A DNA stretch of 64,000 nucleotides from the human T2T-CHM13v2.0 reference genome, Homo sapiens. Both the position numbers and the translations under genes were made by a program. The stretch is from the NCBI RefSeq assembly GCF_009914755.1, contig NC_060933.1; one strand, 5' to 3'. Position 1 is the stretch's first letter. Each line of letters begins with the position of its first letter. Of the stretch, positions 1 through 20,424 are shown in pieces. Under the pieces are notes generated by a model. The model saw only the letters and a program-made list of their open reading frames with translations. It was not told the origin of the DNA and did no database searches.

Positions 1-371
1 AAGTTGTGACTTTCCCAATGTCTCAGGGCCAGCCAGAGTTGGCTCCAAGCCTGCCTGTGCTCCTCATACTGTACCACATCAGATCTCTAACCAGAGAGCC
101 CAATCGTCTTCCTGCCCCTCTCCGCTTCCATTCATTTAAGCATCCACCCTTTCAACTAACCATAAATTTAGTGCACCATGTTGGGGACAAAAAGATGAAT
201 AAAGACACAGCATCTCCTCTCAGGAATCTCAGTCTCAATGCCCTTTATCTCTTCTGTGATAACAGAAGAGTATCCCATGGCTTCACAGAAGCCTAGCCAT
301 GAGATACAGCCACACTTCTCAAAAGCCCCCCGCTCTCTCTCAGTCCATTTACTCAGAATAAATACACATCA

Positions 372-892
<521 letters not shown>

Positions 893-1272
893 CTACTGGA
901 TACCCCAGAATACAGTGTCCCCTGGCCCAGAACAGATGAGAATGGGCATATTTTTCTCTCCCCGTGCTTTTTAAAATAACTTTATCAATTTCTGAAAAAT
1001 AATCTTCAAGATTCAAGGTAGAACAACAGTGAGCAACCACATGAGCTGCTCAGGAAATCAAAGTGAAAGGTGACAGATCGCTTCCAACCTGTTTCCAGCA
1101 GGCCTGGCCACCATGCACCAGGCAGTTACAACTTTCAATTTCAGGGCCCCAAGATGTGGTCTTTAATGGGCTGTCCCCACAGCACGTCCACCAAGAAGTC
1201 AGCTCGGCACTCACCTGGAGCAGCCTTCCTGAGCCTCAGGGGACCTCAGGCTCTGAAAGCGGGGAGGACCCT

Positions 1273-1347
1273 GCACATGAGCCCCATGTGTTCACTTTAG
1301 ATGAGGAGGGAGCACATGAGCCCCAGCTGTTCACTTTAGATAAGAAG
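1273..1347. repeat. Imperfect tandem duplication, 39-bp period x2
   Basis: gcacatgagcccca..tgttcactttagat starts at both 1273 and 1312. Confidence 0.85.
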
Positions 1348-1753
1348 AAACATAAGGGAAAAGCCTTGCCCAAGATTGCAGAGCTCAGGTCTCTCTCTGC
1401 TCCATCACACGGGCTCCCTGGGGGCCTTATGGCTGATGGGACAACCTGAGTGGGAGCAAATGTCTTAAGCAGCAAATATAGGTCCATCATACCAGGGCCC
1501 TGAAGCACTACCAGGTCTGGGAAGTCTGCTCCAGGCCTCAATAAGGAGGGTGGCGGGGGAGAGGATGGGCTAAAGGGCCCTCCAGCATGACAATAATGGG
1601 AAGCAATGTTTCCCAAGCCCCCATCCACTGGCTGGGCTGATGTCACCTCTACAGCTCAACCATTCACCTCCCACTTCTCCTAAAATCAAAGAACAACTAG
1701 GTCTCAAGGTGTTCACGGAGGTGAGCCTGCCATATTCAAAGAAAGTAAAATGT

Positions 1754-2137
<384 letters not shown>

Positions 2138-2164
2138 CTATTCTTAACGTGCTGCTGGTACTCA

Positions 2165-2311
<147 letters not shown>

Positions 2312-3285
2312 TTAGAAGTACAGAAGTCAGGGTTGACCTACCCTTAACTCTAGATGCTCCATTCAGTCTGCAGAGAGAACAGAACACCAACCCTCCCACC
2401 GCCCCCATTCCTTTCTAATGAACCCTACCAGACCCACACAAAGCAAAGCTGTCCTTTTGCTTCGGTAAATAACTACAAGTGGGCCTATGGGTTAGAAATG
2501 CCAATTTTAGTATGAGCATTTTTTAAACGAAGTTTCCAATTTGCAATGAAAGTATTCTTTAAAAAATGTATTTTGTATGCCTAACATCGCATGCATGGAA
2601 AATGGACAAACAAGAACATATTATTCAAAGATAAAAACAATTTTTGTGTTAGGTAGTAGGATTTCTGACTGCCTTTTAAAAATCTTCTGAAAAGCTCATA
2701 ATATATTAATTCTATGTTTTAAAAAAAGATTAAAAAGAAAACAGGAAAAGAATGTCACCCCCCAAAGATATACCCTTTGGAATGGTTAGAATGGTTGAGG
2801 AATCGTGCTGGAAGCCACTGAGGCTAACGCTGGTGCTTTACAGCCCCTGACCCCTCCTGATACTACCCACTGTAAGGTCCTTGAGGTCGCAGGGAAGGCA
2901 ATCAAGCCAGCTGCCCAGCTTGATTGCGTCTCACAGGTGCTTCTCACATCTGCTTAGAGACAGAGTTCCTGGGAATTACCAACTCCCTCCAACATATGTA
3001 ATCTATCTTTTCGTGGCTGCAGGTTCCAAGACCACTGCAGAATTCTGTGAACTACATGGGAAAGGTCATCTGAGGCCCCAGCTTGTTTTAGGCTGAAGAA
3101 ATAACATCTAGCAAACTAGCACGTGGAAAGACACTCATGATTAGATAACATGTTCACATTCGGCAACTCCTCATGTGCTCCTTCCCTTGGCCCAGGGATC
3201 AGCATGGTTTCCTAAGGTATAAATTTCTAACTCTACTGCAGAACCCTCCTGTGGCTGATTCTGCGGGAACCACACCCTCTTCTTA

Positions 3286-3543
<258 letters not shown>

Positions 3544-3754
3544 TCAGAAGTGCCTTCTCTCCATGTCCACCCTGGTTTCTCAGGCAGGCAGGAGGCTATA
3601 AATGTTTATTTAGGGCCTATTTGGGTACTGATGTTGGTGATGGGAATACGATGATAAAGGAGCATTCAGAGTCTATTGGGAAAAAGGACTTGATGAACAA
3701 TTAAAATAGAGGATGCTGAAAGCTGTTTAAAAAATACATCTAAAAATGCCATGG

Positions 3755-4320
3755 AACTGTGATACACCCCTCCCAGGGAACACTACTCAGCAGTGAAGAG
3801 GAATGAACTGTTGACACACACAACTTGGATAGATCTAAGGGAATACTGCTGAGTGAAAAAAAAAAAAAGCCAGTATCAAAAGGATACCTACTGTATGGTT
3901 CCATTTATGTAACATTCTAGAAATAATAAAACTGTAAAAACGAGGAACGCATTAGTGGTTGACAGGTGTCAGGAACTGAGGAAGAAGGGAGGTGGCTGTG
4001 GCCATTAAGGGGTAGCATGAAGGAGCTTTGTGACAATGAGATATTTCTGCAGCTTGACTGAGCTAGTAATTACATGAATTCACACATGATAAAATTGCAT
4101 AGAACTAAATACGCACACACACACACAAATGAGCGCACATAAAGCTAGTGAAATCTGAAGAAGGTTTGTGAATTGTACCTATGTCAATTTCATGGTTTTG
4201 ATACTATTCTACAGTTACACATGCTGCTACCATTGGGGAAACTGGATGAAAGGTTTAAGGGAACCCCCTCATGTAATTTGTATTACTTCTTGTGAGTCTG
4301 TAATTGTTTTAAAATAAAAA
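3755..4320 (+). mobile_element. Old L1 (L1M-type) 3' UTR fragment
   Basis: Motifs such as actactcagcagtgaagaggaatgaac and actgtatggttccatttatgtaacattct, ending in aaaataaaaa. Confidence 0.7.
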
Positions 4321-5244
4321 GATTTTCTTTCACGTGCCATGGAAGTTCAGGGCAGAGAGTGACTGACTACCTGAGAACCAAGGAGGGATGCTCAGGGGAG
4401 GGGATCCGGAACTAGATCTTGGAGAGAAAGGAGGAGTTGAGAAGATAGGCAAGTTAGAGAGAAAGTTCTCCTGTGAGAGCAAACAGTACCTACAAAGGCA
4501 TGGAGGTGTGGAAGAACATGACATATTCCAGCGACTGTGAGCATTTCTAGGTGACTGAAACAGGAGCTAGGTGTAAAGAGGAGGTAGGAGAAGATGATTA
4601 GGAACAGCAGGCAAGCGTGCTACACTAAGGGGCATCATACTTTTACCAAGGGCAATCAGGGGATGGGCACAGAAGAGACTGGCAGAAAAGGGACCTATTA
4701 AATATTTAGGAAGCCACTCTAAGCACAAAGAACCCAGAAGGCAGAGCCTTTGATGAGCTGTGGACATCTCTGTCTGCAGTTAAGAGCCAAGAGAGGATTA
4801 GGGATCTGGGTAATGATTACATTATGAAGCATAGGCTGAGCTCTGTGGTAGCCACTTGGTCTCAGCCCACACAGGCTGATACACAGGTCACCATGTCACA
4901 GGCAGGCAGCGAGGCTATGGTTCCACAATCACGCTTGTCTTTACCTCTTTCTTCTAGCTTGTTAGGAGACCATGAAATGTGTGTTTGGGAGGGGGCAAGT
5001 AAAAGATACTCTTCTAGAAGCCAAGACAACAAAGAAAATGTCCCTCAGGGATCGAGACCGTGAACTCCCAATAGGTCAACAGCATTGGACATAAATGGCA
5101 TGGGAGGATTTGGAAAGGGACACTGCATGTGATTTCTCTGCCCCTGGAGTGGTTTCACAGTCTTTTAGAAAGGCAGGAGACATCGCTTGCCCCCAACAGT
5201 TAGCAGAGGCAGCAGCACTAGGTTAAAGAAAGAGCAGGAGGTCA

Positions 5245-5505
<261 letters not shown>

Positions 5506-6441
5506 CTAACATTTGCTGAAACCTGCTATGTACAACGTACATTCTGCACCTCTGTAAGTCCTTCCAACAACCCACGGGGCAGGTGCCATCCCCATTTTAG
5601 AGATGAGGAAACTGAGGGATAAGGAGCCTATCCAAGGTCCCTCAGCCAGTAAGTTAAGACTCAGAATTTAAATCCAGAATCTGCATGCTGCAAAATTGCA
5701 TATTCAATGAAAGAAGTTCAGGCAGGAGTAATAAATATTTCATGTATACCTCCTTAGGGGAGGATCAGAAGGTGAACCAAAAAGGGTTAAATCTTGCTCT
5801 CTCAGAATTTGATCTCATATGAAAACTGTCCAACGCAGGTTCCTCTTGGACTTGGTCAAGAAGATGTATTATATTAAGAAAGAAGTACTAAAGAAAAATT
5901 CAACATGAATTTTTATTGAATGCTAATTAAATCACAGGCAGGCCTTAGAGCTAGTATATTTAATTATTAACAACCTGTACTCAGGAAACAGAACCTCTCC
6001 TAGTTGTACCCCCTCTGAGGACACAGAAATACAGAATTGGGTGAGCATTGGGAGGATTCGCCTGGGCTTATTGACCCAGTGTAACCGAAGTGGATTCACC
6101 TCCACGTACCAACATTTAACAGTTGTGTGACCAAAGCTGGTTACTTAACGTCTTTGAGTCACAGTTCTCTCATTTGAAAATTGCTGGTTATTATAGTAAC
6201 TACTTCAGAGTAGCCTTGTGAGAATTAAATGAAGCAATGTGTATAAAACATTTTGCATGCTGCCTGGCACACAGTTTTCAAGAAACAAGTGCTGTACAAG
6301 TAGTGACAATTGTACTTTCAGCATCAGCTGCCTGTCCTTGGACTATCTGTTTACTATAGATCTATAGCCCAAACCACTTCCCAGGGAAGCCCATGCACTG
6401 CAGAGATTCTAGCACAAAGAAAGGACATCAGCTAGAAGTCA

Positions 6442-6783
<342 letters not shown>

Positions 6784-7699
6784 TCAATCATAAGGTGCAG
6801 AAGTAGTATTTACCTATAGAGTCCCTTTAGGGGAGTGGTGGGCTACCAAGTAACATATAAAATGATTCCATTTGTAACCACTCATTATATACAAACATTT
6901 CAGAAATGCATATACAGTGAAGCATAAAACTTTTAAAACTTTATGTTTCCAAAGATGCCCCAAGGCTCAGCAATCCTGTTCCCCCACACACATGCGCATA
7001 CCCACAGTCTTCTGAGGCTCCCTGCTCAGCCAAGGATGGCTCAGGATCAGAGGTGCCTGTTTGGGGCTGCTGATGCCTATGAAGCCCAGACTGAGGCAAC
7101 AGGAGCATCCTATGAGTCACTCTTAGCTTTCCTGATAAGTGACCTGGGGACATCTGACAACTTGCACTTGTAGGGGCTCACACACTCTCCAAGATATCCC
7201 CCTGCTCTGTACGAGGGAAGGAAGTGTCCAAGTCAGGAATTTGTGGGATGAGGCACCTGCTCCTCAGTTGTGCTTAGTTCAGAAAACATTACTCAAGCAA
7301 AACACCATACTGGACACAAGGAAGACAAGAGAGGTCATCTCTGACATCAAGAGTTTTCAGTTCTATTTGTGGCCTTGGCTTTGTCATGAGCTTAACATAG
7401 CCAACAGAGCTGGGAGATAAAGGGCAGAGATGGCATCTGTTGCCTGAAGCCATTCCTCAATGCCATTTATCCCCAGCCCAGTTCAAGATGCAGTCTGGCT
7501 CTCGGAAAAATTCCATTCAATTCAATTCAACCAGGATTCACTGAGAAGACTAAAGGTAAACAATTTAATAAAACACAATGCTTGCCCTTACCCTTAAAGA
7601 GCTTAGAATCTAGAGCTAAGGTTCATGTCCCATTGGAAAAGACAATCATCTTCTGTTCTCAACTTGCTGCTTTTATTCAGGGACTCCAAAGGAAGGTCA

Positions 7700-7993
<294 letters not shown>

Positions 7994-8880
7994 TCAACAA
8001 TCCCAAGCACTCACTTGTATGATCTACAGAAAAAAGACAGGGTTTATTCCTACTCATGTTAGAGACAATGCAGAGGCGTAATGCTGTTCATCTTTCTGAT
8101 GAGGCAACTGATCATTACCATCCTAAAGAAGATAAGTGACTTACCCAAAACTACGCAGAAAAATAATGGCAGAGTTATGAATACAACAGAGTCCAGGGCT
8201 TTCTACGCATTTCAGTGGGCGAGTTTGCTCTTTGTTTCTTCAATAGGTAATTTCAACTGGTTTCTCCTTATATAAGGACTATGACTGGTGGCACCACAGA
8301 AGAGCTGTGGGAGATAATATCCCACGTAACTTTTCTGTCTAAAAGCCAAGGAAAATGGCCAGGCAACTTGACTTTCCCTCTTGATCACCATGGATTCTGC
8401 ATTCCCACAATCATCCAAACTCTTGTGGATATTTTGAGCCTATCTCCGGCTGATGGGTACATGTCTGCAGGACCCACCAGCATGCAGTTGTCTCAGAGCA
8501 GCTCTTATGCACCAACCATGGGACCACTACCTCTGCCACTGACCTTCCCCTTGCAGTTAGATAACAGAGCATGAGGGAGGGGTTGCTTTTAGCAAGAACT
8601 GTATCCTACTGTGGAACCTCAATAAAGTCCTTGACCTTCCTGAGCCTCATTTCCTTGTCTGTTAAAAGGGTTAGTGAGGATAGAAGAAGAAGCCCATGTG
8701 ATGTGTTTAAACAGTCCTTGGCAATCAGTAGGAACTATTTGTAACAGATGGTAACTAGTATTAAATTAGTTAGTTCTTATCTCTTTGTACTCCTTTTGCT
8801 TCAAAAACATTTATTTTTACCTGATGTGTCTTTATATGAAATGCTTGCAGAGAAAGAAAATTCGGATATAAATATATTAA

Positions 8881-9320
8881 TGTATGGTTCAGACACAAAA
8901 CTGCACTGCCCAGAGTCCCCATTCAGGGAAGCCTTGTTGCCCAGCTGTCAGTAGACGGCCTCAGGCATCAGCAACTCTGGGTTTGTCACAGCAGCAGAGA
9001 GCCATGTAGGCCCTGGGGCACGACCTTCCCAGGGCAGCCCACATCCAGTGATTGATTGAGAGGGCTGAGGTAGGTGGTGTCAGGAGGGAGGCCTTGGGGG
9101 AGCACAAAGGGCTGGATGTTTCAGCTCGATGAAGAACAACTCCAACAAGCTGCATATTCTCTAGAGTGCCCCACGGGGTTGGCCCTATATCACAGTTCAA
9201 CTCCTCCCTCTGCCCAATCCTGCATCTTCCATATCTCTTCCATAGGTATTGAGCCCTCATAAATACCCATACATCAAACTCTATTTCAGCCTCTGCTTCC
9301 AGACAGTCTAACCTGCAACA
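8881..9320 (+). mobile_element. Degenerate ERVL-type LTR (LTR16-like)
   Basis: tgt...aca ends; cttcccagggcagcccacatccagtgattga and a 3' tcagcctctgcttccaga...aacctgcaaca resemble LTR16. Confidence 0.5.
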
Positions 9321-9550
9321 ATATATATCCTTCTGATTATTGTTCTTAGAAACTTAGGAAGAATCGCCACCCAATATATCTAAGAAAATAAATAGCTTTC
9401 AGATGCTGCCATGAACCACTACCAATGAGACAGCATGGCACAGTTGAGCATGTGGTTATCTGGAAAGCATGAACCCTGCACTCTCATCCTACTTAGCTGC
9501 TACCCGGCTGGGTTGACCTTGGGCAAGTCACTGCCCCTCTCTGGGCCTCA

Positions 9551-10012
<462 letters not shown>

Positions 10013-10732
10013 CTAGAGGGAGCACCACATCTGGGCCACAGAAGGACAGGCCCTCTAGACTCTGAAATGTACGTATGATCCAATGCTTCACGAGCAATGC
10101 AATGTAGAGAGAAAAACGAGGCTAACAAAGTGTTGCCAAACCAAATTTCTTTGGGGGCTTGCTTCAGTAACTAGGTAACTGTGAGCGATACTTAAACTAA
10201 AGGTAGATTATGTTAAAGTACTAAAAACCAAAACAAAAAAACAACTCATTCTCTCACAAAAGTTCAACATCTCCAAGGTCATCTCACTATTGACTTGCTT
10301 ATCGTAACTCTAATCACACCACAGACATACATTTCAGGCAGCTCTTGTCAATGTTTCAGATTCCAAGCTAGAATAGAAAATGCAGATGTGCAAAGTAAAA
10401 AGGCACACAGATTTTGGACCCTGAACTTGAGGTTCACGTCAAAGCTTTACCATGTAGGCACATACTCACTACATGACAACAGGCACCAGCTCTTAATGCC
10501 TCTGAACTCCTGTGCCCTGTCTTAAGACATCCTTTCTAGAGTAAACCTTAGCTTAGGGGTCTTTGTAAAAGTCTTCCTTTGAAAAATTCCAGCTAATTGT
10601 TTAGAAGGTGAAAAACAGGATAATTTCTGGTGACCTTGAAAAGCTATAGATAGCCATACAAGGAAACACACTATTCAATGCAAAACAGAGAACCAATACA
10701 AGCAGAACCCAGCTCCTCCCGCATCCTGATCC

Positions 10733-10734
<2 letters not shown>

Positions 10735-10773
<39 letters not shown>
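10735..10773. repeat. (AC)19 microsatellite
   Basis: Direct reading. Confidence 0.95.
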
Positions 10774-10774
<1 letters not shown>

Positions 10775-11077
10775 CCCACCACCACCACCAACCACAGAGA
10801 ATAAGAGAATTTCCAGAATCTGGAAGAAACATTACATATTTCAGATGTCTGCAATAACTACACCTCCGCCCATTGTCTTAGAAGAAATCATTACATCCAA
10901 AGGCATAGTTCCCACAATGAGAACTTGGCAGCTTAGTGACTCAGCACTGAAAGATTTTCTAAAAAGTCTAAGAGGAAGAAGCTTTGTTCAGTTTTATTTG
11001 GGTTGTTTTGAAATGTGGTTTACCACCTAGGGAGAAGAAGTGCACACATTTACATAAACTGTGCTTTTATAAGTTTA

Positions 11078-11596
<519 letters not shown>

Positions 11597-11714
11597 TTAC
11601 ATCTGGCATCTTATTTCCAGATCATTCACACATGCATGCACATGCACACACATATATACACCCCCATCTGGCACAGTATAAACTGGTTAAAAACAGTGGC
11701 TTGCAGGTAACTTA

Positions 11715-11999
<285 letters not shown>

Positions 12000-12012
12000 C
12001 TATTTTTGTATC

Positions 12013-12177
<165 letters not shown>

Positions 12178-12411
12178 TAATTCCCTTGAGTAGAAATGCT
12201 AAATCAAAAGATACTGTTATTTTATGACCTATGAAAAACCTTCCAGCAAGTCATGTACCAATTTCACCAAAATCATGACACCAAGTTGAGTTTTTTTGTT
12301 GTTGTTGAAATTTCTACCAAATTTTTAGTTAAAATAAAGTACCTCTTGTCCTAATATAATAGGTGCTCTGGACCTCCCCAAGACCAGGCTGGTGTGATGG
12401 GATTCCACTTA

Positions 12412-12636
<225 letters not shown>

Positions 12637-13301
12637 TCATGAGAACGTTGGCAGCCAGGACAACAAGCAGTGGCTGAGACAAATCCTACACTAGGAGGCA
12701 AGGGCTGACTACACGATTGCTCATCCTCTCTCTCTAATCCTCTCTAACGTAGTTTTCCAACCTTCAACCAAGAATGAAGGATTTTGGTTTTTCACTGCAA
12801 TTTAAGAGAAATTCTAAGAGTAATTTAGGGATATGTTATTTATTGATTTTGTGGAGGAAAAGAGGTTAAAACAATGATCTTATCTTACTTTTCTGTTTTC
12901 TTAGCAATTCTGAGTCATAGCAACTAACCAACCAACCAGACCAAAACACCTCTTACCCATCCCTACTAATATAATTTTTAATATAAAATTTCAAAAATTT
13001 AATTGGACCCGAATTCGATTTTAGATAAGTTTCACAAATAATGCCTTTTTAAGGGAATGCTTTGCTACCATTAGTCACTGAGATAGGAAAACCTAGAAGA
13101 AAATGGGTAGAAATATTCTCTTGAGCCTATATAGAATAAGCTAGAGTTAATTTACTAAAGCTAGAGTTTATTTACTCATTCAACCACTCAACTAACATTT
13201 ATTAAGTGCCTTTTGTTATCAAATCCTGTGTTAGGCTTGAGGGATAGTTTTGTAAATGAGACTATACATTATTTCTAAACTTGCCTCCTGCCTGAACCTT
13301 A

Positions 13302-13601
<300 letters not shown>

Positions 13602-13967
13602 CTAAATCTTGAGGAGCACTACAAAATTTACAAAATACTTGCATATACACTGTCGTTGTTTTATCCTCACAGAAAACTGAGGTAAATGACAGTGTCCCTA
13701 TTTTATATGTGAGAAGACTGAGGCTGAAGAAAAAAAAACATGATTTTAACCAGGGCTTGGTCATAGTATTACTAGATGTGGAGCTGAGACTCAAAGTCAG
13801 ACCAGTCTGAATTCAGAGTCCATGTGCTTTCCACTATACGAAACATCTCACTTAATGGTATTAACTACAGTAACAACAACAATACTTCCTTTATATAGTT
13901 ACTATGTTGAATAGTGTATATGCTTCACCTTACACAACTCCATAAAGAGGGCACTTTTATTTTTTTG

Positions 13968-14268
13968 CCTTTTGTTGTTGTTGTCGTTTGGATTCAGTGT
14001 CTCGCTCTGCCGCCCGGGCTGGAGTGCAGTGATGGAATCACAGCTCACCGCAGCCTTGACCTCCCAAGCCCAAGTGATCCTCCCATCTCAGCCTACCAAG
14101 TAGCTAAGACTACAGGTGCACACCACCACACCTGGCTAATTTTTAATTTTTTCATAGAGACAGAGTCTTGCCATGTTGCCTGGGCTGGTCTTGAACACCT
14201 GGGCTCAAGTGATCCTCCCACCTCAACCTCCCCAAGTGCTGGGATTACAGGCACAAGCCACCAGCCCA
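13968..14268 (-). mobile_element. Old Alu (AluJ-like)
   Basis: Diverged dimer with ctgggctcaagtgatcctccc. Confidence 0.85.
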
Positions 14269-15511
14269 GTGAGTATCCTTTAATATTTCCCATTTTATAC
14301 ATGAGAAAATGGAAGTTCAGAGAGGTTAAGTCTCTAAGATTGGGTCACACAGCTATTAAGTAGCAAAGCCAGAATGAAAGCATAGGCCCTCTGTTTCTAG
14401 TGCACCTCCCCCTCCCCACTGTGTTCTATCACCTTCCTCTTTTGAGACCCAGTCTGTTGATCCCACATAAAACCTAATTCCTTCTTACTGCTTAGTTTAG
14501 AAAAATAATGCTGCTGGTTAAACCAACTAAAGTACAATCTTTTCCAATTGCAGGATGTACAGGTCATGATGCAAAGGAGGCCTATTTCCATTTCTTGTTC
14601 CCTTGCCAGTTGGTTCCTCACATGGGTCAACACGAAAGAGAAGGACAGATCAATCCGCTGCTCAATCAGCAGATCCAGAGGGGCCGAGGCAGAGGCCTGC
14701 ACAGATGTGCTGCCGGAAAAACAGCAGCTGCAAACTCAGCAAAAAGGAGAGGCATTTGCAACTCCTGTCACAGCTTCGACAGAGAAGATGAAGCTCTGGT
14801 TCTACCGAATTGGAGTCTCCAAGGGTCTGAAAACTGCTGCTTTATAAAAAAATCAGTCTTAGTTTCACTAACATTATAAGCTTTTCCCCCCTTGCGCCTT
14901 TGTATTTATTATTTCAATGGCAGCATAATGATTGTATAGAGTATATGTAATTTCATTAATTATTCCTATAGTGCTGAACATTTAGTCTATTTCCAATTTC
15001 TCACAATAACAATATAGCAATAACATTTTCTCTCATATGGTGACTTCTTTAAAATTATTTCAGTAGGCTACATCCCTGGGGGTGGGTGGAATGGAGGTAC
15101 GCAGGATAGCATATTTTAAAATGGTTCTTTAAATTTTCATTCCAAATTGCTTTCCAATAGAGAATAGCAATTTATACCATCACCAGGAAGGTATGTATGT
15201 ATTTTTGTTAACATAACAGACACAAAATTGTACCTCACAAGTTCACAGAGGCTAGGGTTAGCAATTCTGAAGCCACTTTATTTGGAACAAACAAAAGCAG
15301 AGTGAAGAGACGCAGCCTTTAGGGTGAAGTCGGCCCTGCCCAGTATGGTTTCTGAACAACATGGCCAAAAAGAATAGCAAGACTAGAAAGATGCGCCCAC
15401 TGAGATCACTGAGCACGTGGCCTCTCTGGGGTGCTCGTGAGGGGCAGGAGACCTAAGACTGCCCGCAGGGGTGGAGGCAGAGAGAAAACAGGTCCCGAGG
15501 ATGGGTGGCTA

Positions 15512-16128
<617 letters not shown>

Positions 16129-17695
16129 TCATCATCTGTCTCCAGCCCAACCACCCTCCTCCACTGCAGACCTCAGTAGCCACTGGCCTACTGGACATCG
16201 CTACCACCCACCCAGCTAGAAATCGAGACTCACTTTGATGCCTCCCTCTCTTTCACTGCTCTGCCACTAAGCAGTCACCAGGCCTCATTTCTTGCTTTAT
16301 GCCTTGGCCACTTGGAGAGCCTCCTCCCTGGTCTCTGCCTTCATTCTTGCCTCATCCTTCTTCAATTCATCCACCCCATCAGAGTAACGTATCTACATCT
16401 CCCCTTGCCTGGTCCCCTAGAGCTTAAAGTAAAGGTCCTCAGCTTGACACACAAGTCCCTCCAAGGCATGCCCATGCCTTTCTCTCCAGCCCCAGATCCC
16501 TCATTTCCAAGCATACACACTGGATTTTCCCAGCTAGATTCCTAATGAATGCCATTGCCATGTTTACAAGGATCTTGTCCTTTAAGAACTGGGAGCTTAT
16601 GAAGAATTGAAGCACCTAAGGCAAAGTCAATTTCAGACTAGGGAACCATCTACTTGCCCACAAATCAAAATTCACTGAGTCACTTCACAGGGCCTCCTAT
16701 AATCCTCTGAGAGCCAGACAAACAGAAAAAGTCCAACTAGTAGAAATATGGATTCCAAGGAGAGGACCAGGAAGAACAGGTCTGAAACCACACTTAGGTC
16801 TACGGGGCTAGATCATATAACCCTCCTTTAGAGAAGAGACCCCACTTTAATGGCATGAGCTATATTAGTCAGTGTGAATCCATACAAATCACTGTTTATG
16901 CTTTTCTCAGTATAAACTCCTTTGTTTTTAAAGGGACTTCCTCAGTAACCTGCCTCCCAGCGGATCAGGGAATAGTCCTAAACTTCGGAAGTGTTCCCCC
17001 TAGGTAGGTACAGTCTCTAAAACCCAGCCGCCCTTAAAGTCAATAAGGTTCAAAACAAGAAACCTGGCAAAATCCTCACCTGCTTCTTAAGGGGAGCAGA
17101 GACAAAAGGAAGAGGCCTCCCTCACCATGGAAACAGGAAATAGTCTAATGATTCTCTAACTCAGCCCAAGGCAGGAAGATGTGATTAACAGCACTCAGGC
17201 TCAGGCAAAGGAGACATTCTGTTCTTGCTCAGCCTGCTCCACATTTGAACCCAATTGTCTCTAGAGCACTTATCCCTTTCAAGTGGCTCTGAAGCACTAA
17301 GTGCATTTCCCCTCCACACAGTAACAGCAGCTCATCATTCACACAGTGCCCTGAGAATGAGTATCTCAGGCCAGTCTACATGTAACATCATGCTTTTGCT
17401 CCCACACTTCTTTCCAAAACCTACCAAGACACAGGGAGATGCTGTGGCTGGCTGAGAGGCTGCAGCCAAAAAGGAAAATAGGGTACTGCAATTACTCAAC
17501 TCCACTTCCAAACACCAGCCCTCACTAAGTTTTGCAGAAAACTGCTATTTGACCGTGAGTGGCATGGATGCTGATATGCACAGCGTTATCTCTGCACCAT
17601 GGCCTGTACTTCTGGAGAGGTGGTGCCCTGTGACTTTAGCTATGCTCACTACATTCCCCCAGCTAGATAAACTGAAAGAATTCTCACCTCACTCA

Positions 17696-17893
<198 letters not shown>

Positions 17894-18131
17894 TCAGGTG
17901 GGGAGCCAGGGACCGCAGAAAAAGGAGGAGAAGCACAGACAATGAGCGTTTGGCTCCTCCCTGAAAAGATACCCCATCACAGCAGCCCTGTGCCAGTCCT
18001 CCCCATCCCCAAGAAATGCCTGCTTGTAACTATGATTCTATACCCACGACTGGGGAGCTGGCCCAGCTCTGGTCTGCATCAGACTTGAGGTTTTCACTCT
18101 GGGAATTCCAGAAGAGCCGTGAGTATACTTA

Positions 18132-18473
<342 letters not shown>

Positions 18474-18834
18474 TCATATAATAAGTAACTTATCTGAGCC
18501 TCAGTTGGCTCCTCTGTAAAAGTAAAATTCATAACATCTATGTGGAGAGATGTGGAGAAGATTATCTCAGATTAAACTGAGATATCTATAAAGAATGATG
18601 CTTGATAAATAATCAGAGCTTATTATAACGTCAATGACGGATAACTCACGACTGAGCTGATCTGGAAAAATGTTTTCATGAAGCACAAGCCCTCCCATCC
18701 AGATTCACACTCTCATGCCAGCCTCACCATTGTTTTCACTGACAACTAACATGACCAACATTTAAACTGACTCTTGAGGGGCAACCAGAAGGCTGAATTC
18801 AGACCTCAGTTTTCAAGCAAAAACCAAAATTTGG

Positions 18835-19430
<596 letters not shown>

Positions 19431-20424
19431 TTAATTAACACAAACTAGTATATGTACACTTAACAAAAACCCAAATACAAAAGTTGTAACAGACAAATGG
19501 GTTTGGTTATCCAGCAGGATCCCTGATTTTTAAAAATTCATTCTAAGTTTTTCAGGGATTTTTAGATACCAAGTATCTTCTATATGCTGGAAAGATAATA
19601 GAATTTTTTTTTTTTTAATGAGGATGCCCTCACAATTAAGTCTGTCATGGAAATGAAGGCTTCCTTGGGTCAACTTGCAAGCTGGGGGAGAGGAGGAGAT
19701 GGGATTTAATTAAAGTTGCCTACAATACCATCCTTTTAAGGCTTGTAAAGCAACTTGCGAATGTCTGGAGTGCTTTACTCCAGAGAAGAAAAGGTTCTTG
19801 TGTTACAATAAAGTACAAAACCTGCCTCACTCAGTGTCTGAAAGACACACCTGTGGTTGGAAATGGAGAAAGGTTCCCCTGCATCAAGTTTTCAAGGAAA
19901 AGGATGCCACTGCCTAAAACTGTGACATTGGATCCCTGCTGCCACGAGGCATACGGCACACGGGCCCACAAAAGTGCTTAAGTGTGGGGAGTGGATATGG
20001 AGACACAGGGTTCTTTAACACTGCCTTGCAGCTAAGAATGGGAAACAAAGGGCAGATCAAATGTCTGAGTGTGAGAACACACACGCCACCACTAACAGTT
20101 ATCTTAGAGAGCACAGATCCAGGCAGATTTGGGCTTGAATCCTGGCTCTTGTGGATTAACTCTGATGTGGCTCTAACCAAGGCACTTAACCTCTCTGAGC
20201 CTATGAAATGTGGGGTTAAAGAATCTTCCCTGCAGGGTTATCATGAGGGTAAAATGAGATAACTTAAACAGAATGCACAGTGCACAAGAAATTCTACTTA
20301 AATGTTAGTTCTTTGTTGTTGTTGTTGTTGCTATTATCATTACTGTTATTTCTTTTTATGTTATTATAAAGCTTATCTCAATGGTAATATTAAGACCAGT
20401 ACATCATCCTTTTTAAAAATGCTT

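Noticed and set aside
14397-14879. Cluster of four overlapping ORFs in non-repeat intron 11 sequence
   Set aside because: No recognisable protein, poly(A)/TSD pseudogene signature or splice structure; it could be regulatory but I cannot support a call
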